Shown in pieces: positions 16,575 to 26,872 of a DNA stretch of 61,500 bases (position 1 is the stretch's first letter; every line of letters starts with the position of its first letter). The notes beneath the pieces are model-generated. The model searched no databases. It was not told the DNA's origin and worked only from the letters and a program-made list of their open reading frames with translations. The DNA comes from Candidatus Nomurabacteria bacterium RIFCSPHIGHO2_02_40_30. Lineage in GTDB: Bacteria > Patescibacteriota > Minisyncoccia > Phycocordibacterales > UBA9973. A program made the translations under genes and the position numbers. Location of the stretch: the NCBI GenBank assembly GCA_001785445.1, contig MFTV01000009.1, positions 1 through 61,500 on the forward strand, read 5' to 3'.

Positions 16575-19500
16575 CTACTTATCTACTTCAGGATTAAATT
16601 TAGTCTTGAAGCCAGTACCTGCTGGTATGAGTCGTCCAATTATAACATTTTCTTTGAGTCCTCGTAGAGAATCCACTCCGCCTTTGATAGCGTTCTCGAT
16701 GAGCACGCGGTTGGTGTTCTGAAAAGATGCCGCCGAGAGCCAGCTTTTGGTACGCAGCGACACTTCGGTAATACCCAAGACTACCGTCTCCGCTTTAGCA
16801 GCCTTACTTTCGCCAACTCTATTATTTTCTTCTATGAAAGAGGTATTTTCAACGATATCGCCGATAGAAAAGTTCGTCTCTCCGGCATCTTTTATCTTTC
16901 GGCGTGAGAACATCTGGCGGATAATGATTTCCGTATGCTTTCTGGAAATTGAAGCGCTCTGCAGTTCATAAACCTTGTTTATTTCTCTAATTATGTATTC
17001 CTCCACCAGCTCTTTGCCTCCATGTTTAAATATTTCGGCAATATCAGCGGAGCCGTCCGTTAGAAGTTGTCCCTTTGTTACCTTATCGCCTACTTTCACC
17101 ACCGGTGTTCTCCTGAAAGCTACATCGTATTCTATTTCATTCGCCTTGCCATCAACTTTACTATCAGATAACACTTTAATTGTTTTTTCTCTTATGTTAT
17201 CTTTTGCATTATCTTTAGAATCTTTGGTTGTAATGGAGATTACTTCTCCATCCGTCTCGGAAATAATGGCAGGGTTTTTGGGAATTCGTCTTTCAAATAT
17301 TTCTTCAATACGAGGCAAGCCGGTGGTGATGTCAGTACCGGCTACGCCTCCAGCGTGGAAGGTACGCAGTGTCAGCTGTGTCCCCGGCTCTCCGATGGCC
17401 TGCGCCGCAATAATACCGACAGCTTCTCCTAGATCAACTAAACGATTTCTGCCAAGGTCAAGTCCATAACAATTCTGGCATAGACCATGCACCGTACGGC
17501 AAGTAAGAGGAGAACGCACATTTACTTCTGTAAAACCCGCTCCTTCAATGTTATGCGCCTCTTCTTTGGTAACTAAAAACCCTTTTTTATAAAGAACCTT
17601 GCCATCTTTATCTTTTAGATCACTGGCTAATATTCGTCCGCGAATATTTTTGGAAAGCGCTATCTCGATTCCGGAAATATTTTCTTTGACAACAATTTTC
17701 CCTTCGCGGGTGCCACAATCTTCTTCGGTGATAACCACGTCCTGCGCCACATCTACCAGCCTCCTCGTCAAATACCCAGCCTTGGCAGTGTTAAGCGCAG
17801 TATCCGAGGCGCCTTTACGGGCACCGTGAGTAGTAACGAAATACTCAATAGGCGAAAGTCCTTCTTGATAACAAGATATAATAGGAAACTCCAAAGTCTT
17901 ACCTTGATTGTTTTGAATAAGCCCTTTCATGCCAATCATCTGAATCAAGGAAGTCATGGTGCCTCGAGCCCCTGAAGTAAACAAGTCGTAAGTAGAGCCA
18001 TTTTTATCAAGTGTATTCGGCAAAACTTTTTCCAAATCTTTCTTTTTAAGCGTCCAGATTTCTATAATTTTTTGGTATTTTTCCTCTTCAGAAAGCAGCC
18101 CCTCGCTCCACTGTGAGATTATATCTTCTTCCAGAAGTCTCCCTTCTTGTATGATTTTGGGTTTTTCAGTCGGAACCTGCACATTGTCGAGCCCCCAAGT
18201 TGTTCCGGAAATCGTCGAATATTTGAAACCAAATTCTTTAATTTTGTCCAAAATTGCGGGAGTAGCATCTACGCCGAAATGCATAATCAGCTCATCTAAA
18301 AGAGAAGACAGCCTTTTTTGGGTCATTTCCTCATTCACATAAGCGAAATCAGACGGCAGTATACTATTGAAGAGAAGCTTGCCGACAGAGGTATCGAAAA
18401 CACCTCCGTTTAATTTTTTATATTTCTGTGAGTCAGTAGCCAGAACTTTTATCTTCGCGCGCAGAGACACTATGCCGTAGTCGTAGGCGCTAATAGCGGT
18501 ATTGGGATTTGAAAAATATTTGCCTTCACCTAACTCCCCTTCAACTACCTTTGTCATCCAATAGCTTCCGAGTACCATGTCTTTACTCGGATGCACTATG
18601 GGGTCGCCATTTTGGGGTTTTAGCAGGTTCTTGTTTGCCGCCATTAACTCTTTCGCTTCCTTTTGCGCTTCTTCTAGAAGAGGCACATATACCGCCATTT
18701 GGTCTCCGTCGAAGTCAGCATTGAAGGCCTGACAAACAAGAGGGTGCACTTGAATAGCATTTCCTTCAATAAGTATAGGATTAAAAGCCTGAATGCCGAG
18801 GCGGTGCAAAGTCGGCGCGCGGTTTAGAAGCACATATTTGCCCTCTATCACTTCTTCAAGCATTGCCCAGACTTCCGGTGAACGCTCTTCTATCAGCTTA
18901 TTCGCTCCGCGAATATTAAAAGCTAACTCTGCCTGCAAAATTTTAGAAATTACAAATGGTCTGAAAAGTTCCAAGGCCATATGCTTCGGCAATCCGCACT
19001 GGTTAAGCTTGAGCTCTGGACCGACAACGATAACGCTGCGGCCGGAATAGTCCACCCGCTTGCCGAGCAAATTCTGACGGAAAAGACCTTGCTTGGATTT
19101 TAAGTTGTCAGAAAGAGATTTAAGCGGACGCTTCTGAGACTGACTCATGGCCGCAGAGTCATTTTGCTTGGCAATGGAGTTATCAATAAGCGCATCTACC
19201 GCTTCCTGAATAATTCTTTTCTCATTTCGCAAGATTACATCCGGAGCGTTAATTTCTTTCAACTTTTTGAGTCGGTTATTTCTATTGATAACTCGGCGGT
19301 AAAGGTCGTTTAAGTCACTGGTAGCGTGACGTCCACCGTCTAATGCCACCATCGGGCGAAGAACCGGCGGAATAACTGGAATAACAGTCAGGAACATCCA
19401 TTCCGGTCGGATACTGGCATAGGTCATAGCGCGAATGAGAGATAGTCTTTTTTGTAATTTTTCTTTTTCCGCCACACTTGCCTTCTCAACCATTTTTTCA

Positions 19501-20201
19501 GTGTGTAATTTTAACTTATTCAAGTCCAGATTCTTGAAAATAGAGTAAATAGCTTCAGCGCCGATATTAGCCTCAAAACAAGTTCCATACTTCAAAGAGT
19601 AGTGATGGAAAGATATTTCATTTAAGACTTTGCCTTCGTAAATTTCGCCGATTTCTTTTTTGGTAACCGAAAGCAAATTCTTTAACTTCTCACGAGTATC
19701 GTCATCCGCCGCATTTTTCAGCTTAGATTTGTACTCTTTGTCCAGCCCAGAAATTACGGACTCTTTCTCATCTTCATGAACACGGGTTATGATATATCCG
19801 GCAAAATATATTACTTTTTCAAGGTCAGATACGGAAATATTTAAGAGAATGCTCATGCGGGAAGGCACACCACGCAAAAACCAAATATGCGAAACCGGAG
19901 TTCCGAGTTCGATATGCCCCATTCTCTCACGTCTGACAATAGAACGGGTAACTTCCACTCCGCATTTTTCGCAAATAATATCTTTATAGCGAATTCGGCG
20001 ATATTTTCCGCAGTAACATTCATAATCCTTCTCCGGTCCGAAGATTTTCTCGTCAAAAAGACCTCCGCGCTCGCTTCGGCCAGTGCGGTAATTTATTGTT
20101 TCAGGCTTGGTCACCTCGCCATATGACCATTCTTTGATCTGTTCCGGAGAAGCGAGACGGAGCGCAATAGAATCAAATTCAGTTGTGTTTAAAGTTTTCA
20201 T
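16575..20201 (-). CDS. rpoC: RNA polymerase beta-prime subunit
   Basis: NADFDGDQMAV catalytic motif and a zinc-binding CYCGKYRRIRYKDIICEKCGVEV; 1208 aa. Confidence 0.98.
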   Translation of the reverse strand: MKTLNTTEFDSIALRLASPEQIKEWSYGEVTKPETINYRTGRSERGGLFDEKIFGPEKDYECYCGKYRRIRYKDIICEKCGVEVTRSIVRRERMGHIELGTPVSHIWFLRGVPSRMSILLNISVSDLEKVIYFAGYIITRVHEDEKESVISGLDKEYKSKLKNAADDDTREKLKNLLSVTKKEIGEIYEGKVLNEISFHHYSLKYGTCFEANIGAEAIYSIFKNLDLNKLKLHTEKMVEKASVAEKEKLQKRLSLIRAMTYASIRPEWMFLTVIPVIPPVLRPMVALDGGRHATSDLNDLYRRVINRNNRLKKLKEINAPDVILRNEKRIIQEAVDALIDNSIAKQNDSAAMSQSQKRPLKSLSDNLKSKQGLFRQNLLGKRVDYSGRSVIVVGPELKLNQCGLPKHMALELFRPFVISKILQAELAFNIRGANKLIEERSPEVWAMLEEVIEGKYVLLNRAPTLHRLGIQAFNPILIEGNAIQVHPLVCQAFNADFDGDQMAVYVPLLEEAQKEAKELMAANKNLLKPQNGDPIVHPSKDMVLGSYWMTKVVEGELGEGKYFSNPNTAISAYDYGIVSLRAKIKVLATDSQKYKKLNGGVFDTSVGKLLFNSILPSDFAYVNEEMTQKRLSSLLDELIMHFGVDATPAILDKIKEFGFKYSTISGTTWGLDNVQVPTEKPKIIQEGRLLEEDIISQWSEGLLSEEEKYQKIIEIWTLKKKDLEKVLPNTLDKNGSTYDLFTSGARGTMTSLIQMIGMKGLIQNNQGKTLEFPIISCYQEGLSPIEYFVTTHGARKGASDTALNTAKAGYLTRRLVDVAQDVVITEEDCGTREGKIVVKENISGIEIALSKNIRGRILASDLKDKDGKVLYKKGFLVTKEEAHNIEGAGFTEVNVRSPLTCRTVHGLCQNCYGLDLGRNRLVDLGEAVGIIAAQAIGEPGTQLTLRTFHAGGVAGTDITTGLPRIEEIFERRIPKNPAIISETDGEVISITTKDSKDNAKDNIREKTIKVLSDSKVDGKANEIEYDVAFRRTPVVKVGDKVTKGQLLTDGSADIAEIFKHGGKELVEEYIIREINKVYELQSASISRKHTEIIIRQMFSRRKIKDAGETNFSIGDIVENTSFIEENNRVGESKAAKAETVVLGITEVSLRTKSWLSAASFQNTNRVLIENAIKGGVDSLRGLKENVIIGRLIPAGTGFKTKFNPEVDK

Positions 20202-20205
20202 ATTT

Positions 20206-23200
20206 TTATTTCTTTAAATTAACGTCAAGCGCCAATCCTCGCAAATAATTCAGAAGCACATTGAACGAGGCCGGAGAATTCGGCGGCCGGATTGTTTCAT
20301 TTTTAATAATGGAGTCAAAAGTCGCTGAACGACCCAGTATGTCGTCAGATTTTATAGTCAGCATTTCACGGAGTGTATAAGCGGCGCCATAACCTTCGAG
20401 CGCCCAGACTTCCATTTCTCCAAACCTCTGTCCCCCGCCTTGAGCCTTTCCGCCTAGAGGTTGCTGGGTAATTAGCGAATATGGTCCAATCGAACGCATG
20501 TGGATCTTGTCTTCTACCATGTGGTGCAGTTTAAGCATATACATATAACCAACGGCAATGTCTTGCTGAAATGCTTCGCCGGTGCGTCCGTCAAAAAGCT
20601 TCAACTTGCCACTCTCCGGCAGTCCAGCTTTTTTTAACTCCTCTCTGATTTCTTCGTGTTTGGCGCCCAAGAACGGCGGAACAATAGCCTGATATCCCAA
20701 ACTGTTGGCCGCCATACCAAGATGCATTTCCAATATTTGTCCCAAGTTCATACGGGAAGGCACGCCAAGCGGAGAAAGAATTATGTCGACGGGCGTACCG
20801 TCTGCCATATACGGCATATCTTCTTCCGGCAGAATTGTAGAAATAACTCCTTTGTTTCCATGTCGTCCGGAAAGTTTATCGCCTACGGAAATATTGCGTA
20901 TCTGGGCTACTTCGATGACTATCTTTTTTATAATACCAGCTTCGAGTGAATGCCCAAGGTCGCGAGAGAAAATTTTCACACCAATGATGCGTCCACGCTT
21001 GCCGTGTTCCACTCGAAGCGAAGTATCTTTCACATCGCGCGCCTTATCGGCAAAAATCGAGCGGAGAAGTCTTTCTTCCGGAGTAAGTTCGGTTTCACCT
21101 TTTGGGGTAATTTTACCAACTAAAATATCATTCTCTCTAACTTCGGCTCCGATGCGGACAATACCGTCTTCGTCTAAATCTTTTAGCTTGAGTTCTCCGA
21201 CATTTGGTATATCACGAGTAGTAATTTCCGGTCCCAGTTTTGTATCACGGACTACGCAGGTAAATTCTTCAAGGTAGACACTGGTAAACTTGCTCTTTTT
21301 CACCAAGCGTTCGGAAACAATGATGGCATCTTCATAATTTGAACCGGACCAAGACAAAAAAGCCACGAAAATATTCTGACCTATTGAAATCTGTCCATCT
21401 ACGGTACTGCTGGTATCTGCCAATATCTGTCCTTTTTTTATTTTATCACCAACACTTACTGCCGGTCGCTGATGAAATACAGAGAAGTTGTTGTTCCTCA
21501 TGAAATTAACTAAGCTGTAAGTTTTATCCGAGGAAGACTTACTGCTGCCTTTGACAACTATTTTCTTTGCATCCAAATAAGAGACGACGCCGTCTTCGGT
21601 GGCTATCACCATTCTGCCCGAGTCTCGGGATGCCAGTTCTTCAATGCCTGTCGCCACCAGTGGCGCTTCAGGCAGGACACAAGGCACGGCTTGCTTCTGC
21701 ATGTTGCTTCCCATGAGCGCGCGGTTAGCGTCGTTGTGTTCTAGAAATGGAATCATTGAAGTAGCTATGGAGAAAGCTTGGTTGGCGGCCACATCGATAA
21801 AGTCAACTTCGTTGCGTGAAATTTTCCCCGGTTCTGTCTTGATTCTGGCGGCTACTTTTTCTTCCGTAATTTTACCGTTTTCGTCATATGGAATTCCAGC
21901 ATGAGCAATGTTATATTTTTCTTCTTCCAGCGCATTTAAGTAAACTACTTCACCGGTAATTTTGCCATTTTTTACCTTTATGTATGGAGTTTCAATAATT
22001 CCAAATTCATTTATTTTTGCATAAGTGGAAAGGTGCAAAATAAGTCCAATGTTCGGGCCTTCCGGAGTGTGAATCGGGCAAACTCTCCCGTAGTGAGATG
22101 GGTGCACATCACGAACTTCGAGCCCTGCGCGCTCGCGAGTAAGGCCTCCGGGGCCGAGCGCAGAAAGCAAGCGAATGTGTTCGGTTTCAGCCAAGACATT
22201 TTCTTGGTTCATGAATTGCGAAAGTTGGTTGGTAGTGAAAAATTCTTTGATGCGGGCTTGGAGCGGACGCTGGTTGATGATGGCTATAGGCATCGCAGTA
22301 TCTACGTCAATAATAGACATTCGGTCTTGAATATTTCTTTTAATCTGCATCATGCCAGTGCGTATTTTTTGCTGGAGTATTTCTCCGACAAATCGCACGC
22401 GCCTCTGACCTAGGTGGTCTATGTCGTCACTCTTGGCAGAAGGAGTGTTGTTTAAAAGAATAATATTCTTAATGACAGTAACTACATCTTCTTTGGAGAT
22501 AGTTCGGCGAGCCAAGGCCACCTCATCCATGGCGTAGCCAAAGCGCTGGTTAAACCTGAATCGGCCAACTGGAGAAAGGTCATAACGTTCGGCAGTAAAC
22601 AAGAAGTTGATGAACTCTTTGGCATTGTCTGCTGTAGCCATGTCGCCGTCTCGGAGACGCTTATAGATTTCAATGTATGCATCATTTAGAGTTTTGGCAG
22701 TATCCTTGGCTAGACACGCTTTTATGGCTTCTTCATAAGGTACTCCATCAGCATTCTTGAATGCCTCTGTAATCATTTCATTCGTCTCGTAACCCATAAC
22801 GCGAAGTAATGCTGTCGCAGGGAATTTTCTCTTTTTATCTATCCTTATATAAATGCCACCATCAGCTTCGGACTCTAACTCTATCCAGACGCCGCGAGCC
22901 GGAATAATTTTCGCGCCAAAACATTTAGCACCTTTACTTTCAGCTTCGGTAAAGAAAACTCCAAAACTTCGCGCCAGCTGGGGCACAATCACACGCTCTA
23001 CGCCATTGATGATGAAAGTGCCATGAGCGGTCATCAAAGGAAATTCGGACATAAAAATTTCCTGTTCTTTCACAGTGCCGAGAATTTTATTGGTTAACTT
23101 TACCCGAGCCTTTAAGAGGCCTTGGTGTGAAAGTTTATTTACTTTAGCATCGTTCTCATCACCCTTGGCCTCACTAAGCGAAAAAGAGGTAAATTCGAGT

Positions 23201-23379
23201 TGGAATTTTTTTGCAGAATAGTCGGCAATTGGAGAAAATTCTTTAAACACTTCCCCGATGCCCGTCTCTACCAGCCATTTGAAACTTTTGACTTGAGCTT
23301 CAATTAAATCCGGAAATTCCACAAGAGATTTCTTGTATCTTGAAAAATACTTCTTCGGACGCTTTATTTCGGTATGCAT
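20206..23379 (-). CDS. rpoB: RNA polymerase beta subunit
   Basis: Conserved GRHGNKGVIS, LGGKAQGGGQRFGEMEVWALEGYGAAYTL; 1057 aa, 4 nt upstream of rpoC. Confidence 0.98.
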   Translation of the reverse strand: MHTEIKRPKKYFSRYKKSLVEFPDLIEAQVKSFKWLVETGIGEVFKEFSPIADYSAKKFQLEFTSFSLSEAKGDENDAKVNKLSHQGLLKARVKLTNKILGTVKEQEIFMSEFPLMTAHGTFIINGVERVIVPQLARSFGVFFTEAESKGAKCFGAKIIPARGVWIELESEADGGIYIRIDKKRKFPATALLRVMGYETNEMITEAFKNADGVPYEEAIKACLAKDTAKTLNDAYIEIYKRLRDGDMATADNAKEFINFLFTAERYDLSPVGRFRFNQRFGYAMDEVALARRTISKEDVVTVIKNIILLNNTPSAKSDDIDHLGQRRVRFVGEILQQKIRTGMMQIKRNIQDRMSIIDVDTAMPIAIINQRPLQARIKEFFTTNQLSQFMNQENVLAETEHIRLLSALGPGGLTRERAGLEVRDVHPSHYGRVCPIHTPEGPNIGLILHLSTYAKINEFGIIETPYIKVKNGKITGEVVYLNALEEEKYNIAHAGIPYDENGKITEEKVAARIKTEPGKISRNEVDFIDVAANQAFSIATSMIPFLEHNDANRALMGSNMQKQAVPCVLPEAPLVATGIEELASRDSGRMVIATEDGVVSYLDAKKIVVKGSSKSSSDKTYSLVNFMRNNNFSVFHQRPAVSVGDKIKKGQILADTSSTVDGQISIGQNIFVAFLSWSGSNYEDAIIVSERLVKKSKFTSVYLEEFTCVVRDTKLGPEITTRDIPNVGELKLKDLDEDGIVRIGAEVRENDILVGKITPKGETELTPEERLLRSIFADKARDVKDTSLRVEHGKRGRIIGVKIFSRDLGHSLEAGIIKKIVIEVAQIRNISVGDKLSGRHGNKGVISTILPEEDMPYMADGTPVDIILSPLGVPSRMNLGQILEMHLGMAANSLGYQAIVPPFLGAKHEEIREELKKAGLPESGKLKLFDGRTGEAFQQDIAVGYMYMLKLHHMVEDKIHMRSIGPYSLITQQPLGGKAQGGGQRFGEMEVWALEGYGAAYTLREMLTIKSDDILGRSATFDSIIKNETIRPPNSPASFNVLLNYLRGLALDVNLKK

Positions 23380-23496
23380 AAATTAAAAAAGACCTAAAAA
23401 GGCTTATTAATAATAAGGAGATTGCATCCGATACTCAATCAATGAATCTCAAGTACCCTACTCTATTCTCTCTTTTTTGTCAAGCACAGCTGGGGA

Positions 23497-24156
23497 TTAA
23501 CTTCTTTGTTTCCACTTATCTATTAAGGTGTGGTTGCCGGAAAGGAGGACTTTCGGAACACGATAGTTTTTGCTTTTATATTTTAAAACTTCCGGACGGG
23601 TGTAGACTTCACTCGTGGAAACTCTTTCTTCTTCAAGAGATTCGTACTTGCCAAGAACTCCCGGAGTCTGGCGGGATATCGAGTCTATTAAAACCATGGC
23701 TGGTAACTCCCCACCAGTGAGCACATAGTCCCCGATAGATAAATTTTCAATTTTTAATTTCCAATTTTTAATAATTTTTTCAACACGAGCGTCAAGTCCC
23801 TCGTATCGCCCACAGATAAAAATCAAATCAGTGTATTTGTGCGCAGATTCTTTGGCATATGATGTGGTAAATTTTTTGCCAGACGGGGAAAAATTTATTA
23901 CTTTCAACTTTACACTTTTAACTTTTAACTTTCTTAAGGCAGCTTCGAGTGCTTTAAGAAAAGGCTCTGACCGCAACACCATCCCCGGCCCTCCGCCATA
24001 TGGCCGGTCATCTACGCGCTTTTTAGGCTCACAAAAATCCATAGGGTTATAAAATTTTATAGAAATCTTTTTCGCTTGTATCGCTCGCCCAAGAATAGAC
24101 TCTTTCAGATAAGAATCAAACATCTCTGGGAAAATTGTTATTACATGAAAACGCAT
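23497..24156 (-). CDS. trmD: tRNA (guanine37-N1)-methyltransferase TrmD
   Basis: MRFHVITIFPEMFDSYL..SILGRA, plus ICGRYEGLDARV and LTGGELPAMVLIDSI motifs. Confidence 0.93.
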   Translation of the reverse strand: MRFHVITIFPEMFDSYLKESILGRAIQAKKISIKFYNPMDFCEPKKRVDDRPYGGGPGMVLRSEPFLKALEAALRKLKVKSVKLKVINFSPSGKKFTTSYAKESAHKYTDLIFICGRYEGLDARVEKIIKNWKLKIENLSIGDYVLTGGELPAMVLIDSISRQTPGVLGKYESLEEERVSTSEVYTRPEVLKYKSKNYRVPKVLLSGNHTLIDKWKQRS

Positions 24157-24194
24157 ACTTATATGATACCAAAAATCCCCCGAAGGGGATTTTT

Positions 24195-24578
24195 TTAGAT
24201 TCCTTTTAAGTCTTCCATTGCTTGGTCAACAGTCTTGAATGAATTAGGAGTACTTCTAGGGGCTTCGGAATTCGCGTGCCCCATAGAACCTGTAGAATCT
24301 TGCTGTGGCGCTGTGTATTCTCTTTGTCCTCCTTCAGGCTCGTTTATCTTCAAATTAACTCTGGCGTTGTTCTTCATGCCAATGATACGAAGTAATGTAC
24401 GAATAGCTTTAGCAGTGTTCCCCATCCTTCCGATAATCTTGCCCATGTCGGCAGGGTTCACAGTTAGAGAAATTAATACACCCATTTCATCCACAGTCCT
24501 ATCAATCTTCACATCATTCGGATTGTCTACTAGCGCCTTTACTACATATTCTAGAAATACCTTGTCAGCGTCTTGCAT
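24195..24578 (-). CDS. KH-domain RNA-binding protein (YlqC/UPF0109-like) with a long C-terminal tail
   Basis: GKIIGRMGNTAKAIRTLL is a GxxG KH motif. It has the conserved position between rpsP and trmD. Confidence 0.75.
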   Translation of the reverse strand: MQDADKVFLEYVVKALVDNPNDVKIDRTVDEMGVLISLTVNPADMGKIIGRMGNTAKAIRTLLRIIGMKNNARVNLKINEPEGGQREYTAPQQDSTGSMGHANSEAPRSTPNSFKTVDQAMEDLKGI

Positions 24579-24602
24579 ATATTTTATATTAAATTAATAA
24601 TA

Positions 24603-24911
24603 CTACTTCTTGGCTTTTAATTCCTTCCTTTTTTGTGTTGGTTTCTTTTTGGGTAAAACGTTTATTTTTTTGCCTTCAATAACTTTATCATGAATTAGAA
24701 AATTATGCATTGTGTCGGAGCACTTGGCGCCCTCTGACATCCAATATTTTATTCTGTCATTTTTGAAATCCTTAACTCCCATTTTAGGGTTGTAAGTGCC
24801 AAGTATTTCTAGGAATCTTCCACTCTTAGTGCTGTTCTTGGAATCAGTCAAAACAGCCCGAAATGATGGGTCATTCTTTCTTCCTATTCTTTGCAGTCTT
24901 ATTTTTAACAT
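24603..24911 (-). CDS. rpsP: 30S ribosomal protein S16
   Basis: MLKIRLQRIGRKNDPSFRAVLTDS is the S16 N-terminus. It has a K-rich C-terminal tail. Confidence 0.93.
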   Translation of the reverse strand: MLKIRLQRIGRKNDPSFRAVLTDSKNSTKSGRFLEILGTYNPKMGVKDFKNDRIKYWMSEGAKCSDTMHNFLIHDKVIEGKKINVLPKKKPTQKRKELKAKK

Positions 24912-24917
24912 TAGACT

Positions 24918-24926
24918 AGCTTAACA
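24918..24926 (-). promoter_or_regulatory. Extended -10 (TGTTAAGCT) ending 6 nt before the rpsP ATG
   Basis: The reverse complement of 24918-24926 is TGTTAAGCT, then agtcta, then ATG 24911. Confidence 0.45.
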
Positions 24927-24950
24927 TAAATTTTATAAAAGGCAAATTCG

Positions 24951-24959
24951 TGTTATATT
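24951..24959 (+). promoter_or_regulatory. Extended -10 (TGTTATATT) ending 6 nt before the rnr GTG start
   Basis: TGTTATATT is at 24951-24959, then cataga, then GTG 24966. Confidence 0.5.
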
Positions 24960-24965
24960 CATAGA

Positions 24966-26870
24966 GTGAAACACTTAATAAATAAGAAAGAAGGCATTAT
25001 TTCCATCTCCTCCAAGGGTACTGGCTATGTAGCTATTGGCGCGGAAAAGAATAAGGGCGAAGACCCAGAAATTGATGCCAAGCATTTGAATACTGCCCTG
25101 CACGGAGATTTGGTGGAGATAATTCTGCATCCTAAAGGAAACACTCGCCAAACTGCCGAAGTGTCAAAAATAATTACGCGAGCAAAAATGCGTTTTGCTG
25201 GAGTGTTGGAATCAGAAAATGGAATGCTATTCCTCAAACCTGACGATACTAAAATGTACACGGACATTCTGATTCCGGAAAAGTTCCTAAATGGGGCTAA
25301 GGCAAATCAAAAAGTTTTCGTGGAAATAGTTTCATGGGTAGACGCCAAAAAAGCGCCTGAAGGGAAAGTAGTTAAAATTTTAGGTCGTCCGGGAGACAAC
25401 GACACAGAGATGCATGCTATAGCCATGGAGAAAGGTTTTGCTCACGAACTGCCAATGAAAGTTGATGATGAGGCGAGAAAAATAAAAGCTCACGGCATAC
25501 ATGAAAATGACTATGTGGGGAGAAGAGATTTTAGGAAAATTTTTACTTTCACCATTGACCCGTCAGACGCCAAAGACTTTGATGACGCAATCTCATTTAA
25601 AGAAATATCGGAAGGTGTGTATGAAGTAGGCATTCACATTGCTGATGTTTCGCATTATGTAAAAGTCGGCAGCCCCCTAGACGAGGAAGCACGAGAGCGT
25701 GGAACCTCGGTTTACTTAGTGGACAGAACTATACCCATGCTGCCAGAAATATTATCGAACGACTTATGTTCTTTGGTACCCAATAAAGACCGGCTCACCA
25801 TGAGCGCAGTGTTTATAATAGATAAACATGCAGAGGTAAAAAGCGAATGGTTCGGAAAAACAGTAATCCATTCACAAAAAAGATTTACTTACGAAGAAGC
25901 GGAGAAGTCAATCAAAAAGACTGGCGAGCCACTCCATAAAGAATTATCTATATTAAATAGTCTAGCAAAAAAATTAACAGAAGAGAGATTCCGAAACGGC
26001 GCCATATCACTGGAGCAAGATGAAGTGAAATTTATATTGGATTCGAAAGGAGTACCAATAAAAGTAATAAAAAAAGAGCGAGGTGATTCAAATAAATTAA
26101 TTGAAGAATTTATGTTACTAGCCAATAAAAAAGTAGCGAAAATTATTTCCAAGAATACTTCTATATACAGAATACACGATGCTCCAAGCCAAGAAAAAAT
26201 GCAGGACTTAGCACTCTTTCTGCGTAGCCTAGGTCACAAGATAACTCTCCGGGACGGAATTATTCCAAACCACGAGATAAACGCTCTACTTAAAAAGCTT
26301 GCTGGAAAAAATGAAGAAGACACAGTCAATCGCGCGGTAATACGTTCCATGGCGAAAGCAATTTATTCCACAAAAAATATCGGGCACTATGGACTTGGTT
26401 TTGAATATTACACGCACTTTACTTCCCCTATACGGCGCTACCCGGACATTATCGTGCACAGACTGCTTTCAAGTCACCTTGCAAATAAAAAAATAGGCAA
26501 AGAGAGCTTACAGGAATACGAGCAAATAGCCAGAATCAATTCCGAACAGGAAAAAAGAGCTTCCGATGCTGAGCGAGCTTCTATTAAATACAAACAGGTA
26601 GAATATATGAGTAAACGAACCGGAGAAAAGTTCGAGGGGGTCATCAGCGGTATTACCGAATGGGGTATCTACGTGGAAGAAATGGAAACAAAATGCGAAG
26701 GACTGGTGCGAGTGCGAGACATGAGTGACGACTTTTATGTTTTTGATGAAAAGAAATTAGAATTAGTCGGACAAAAAAAGAAAAAAAGATATCGCTTGGG
26801 AGATAAAGTCAAAATAAAAGTAAAAAGTGCAGATTTGGAGAGAAAAACAATAGATTATGTTTTGGTTTAA
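24966..26870 (+). CDS. rnr: Ribonuclease R / RNase II-family 3'-5' exoribonuclease
   Basis: RNB domain motifs (FTIDPSDAKDFDDAIS, HYGLGFEYYTHFTSPIRRYPD) and a C-terminal S1 domain (FEGVISGITEWGIYVE). Confidence 0.9.
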   Translation: MKHLINKKEGIISISSKGTGYVAIGAEKNKGEDPEIDAKHLNTALHGDLVEIILHPKGNTRQTAEVSKIITRAKMRFAGVLESENGMLFLKPDDTKMYTDILIPEKFLNGAKANQKVFVEIVSWVDAKKAPEGKVVKILGRPGDNDTEMHAIAMEKGFAHELPMKVDDEARKIKAHGIHENDYVGRRDFRKIFTFTIDPSDAKDFDDAISFKEISEGVYEVGIHIADVSHYVKVGSPLDEEARERGTSVYLVDRTIPMLPEILSNDLCSLVPNKDRLTMSAVFIIDKHAEVKSEWFGKTVIHSQKRFTYEEAEKSIKKTGEPLHKELSILNSLAKKLTEERFRNGAISLEQDEVKFILDSKGVPIKVIKKERGDSNKLIEEFMLLANKKVAKIISKNTSIYRIHDAPSQEKMQDLALFLRSLGHKITLRDGIIPNHEINALLKKLAGKNEEDTVNRAVIRSMAKAIYSTKNIGHYGLGFEYYTHFTSPIRRYPDIIVHRLLSSHLANKKIGKESLQEYEQIARINSEQEKRASDAERASIKYKQVEYMSKRTGEKFEGVISGITEWGIYVEEMETKCEGLVRVRDMSDDFYVFDEKKLELVGQKKKKRYRLGDKVKIKVKSADLERKTIDYVLV

Positions 26871-26872
26871 TT

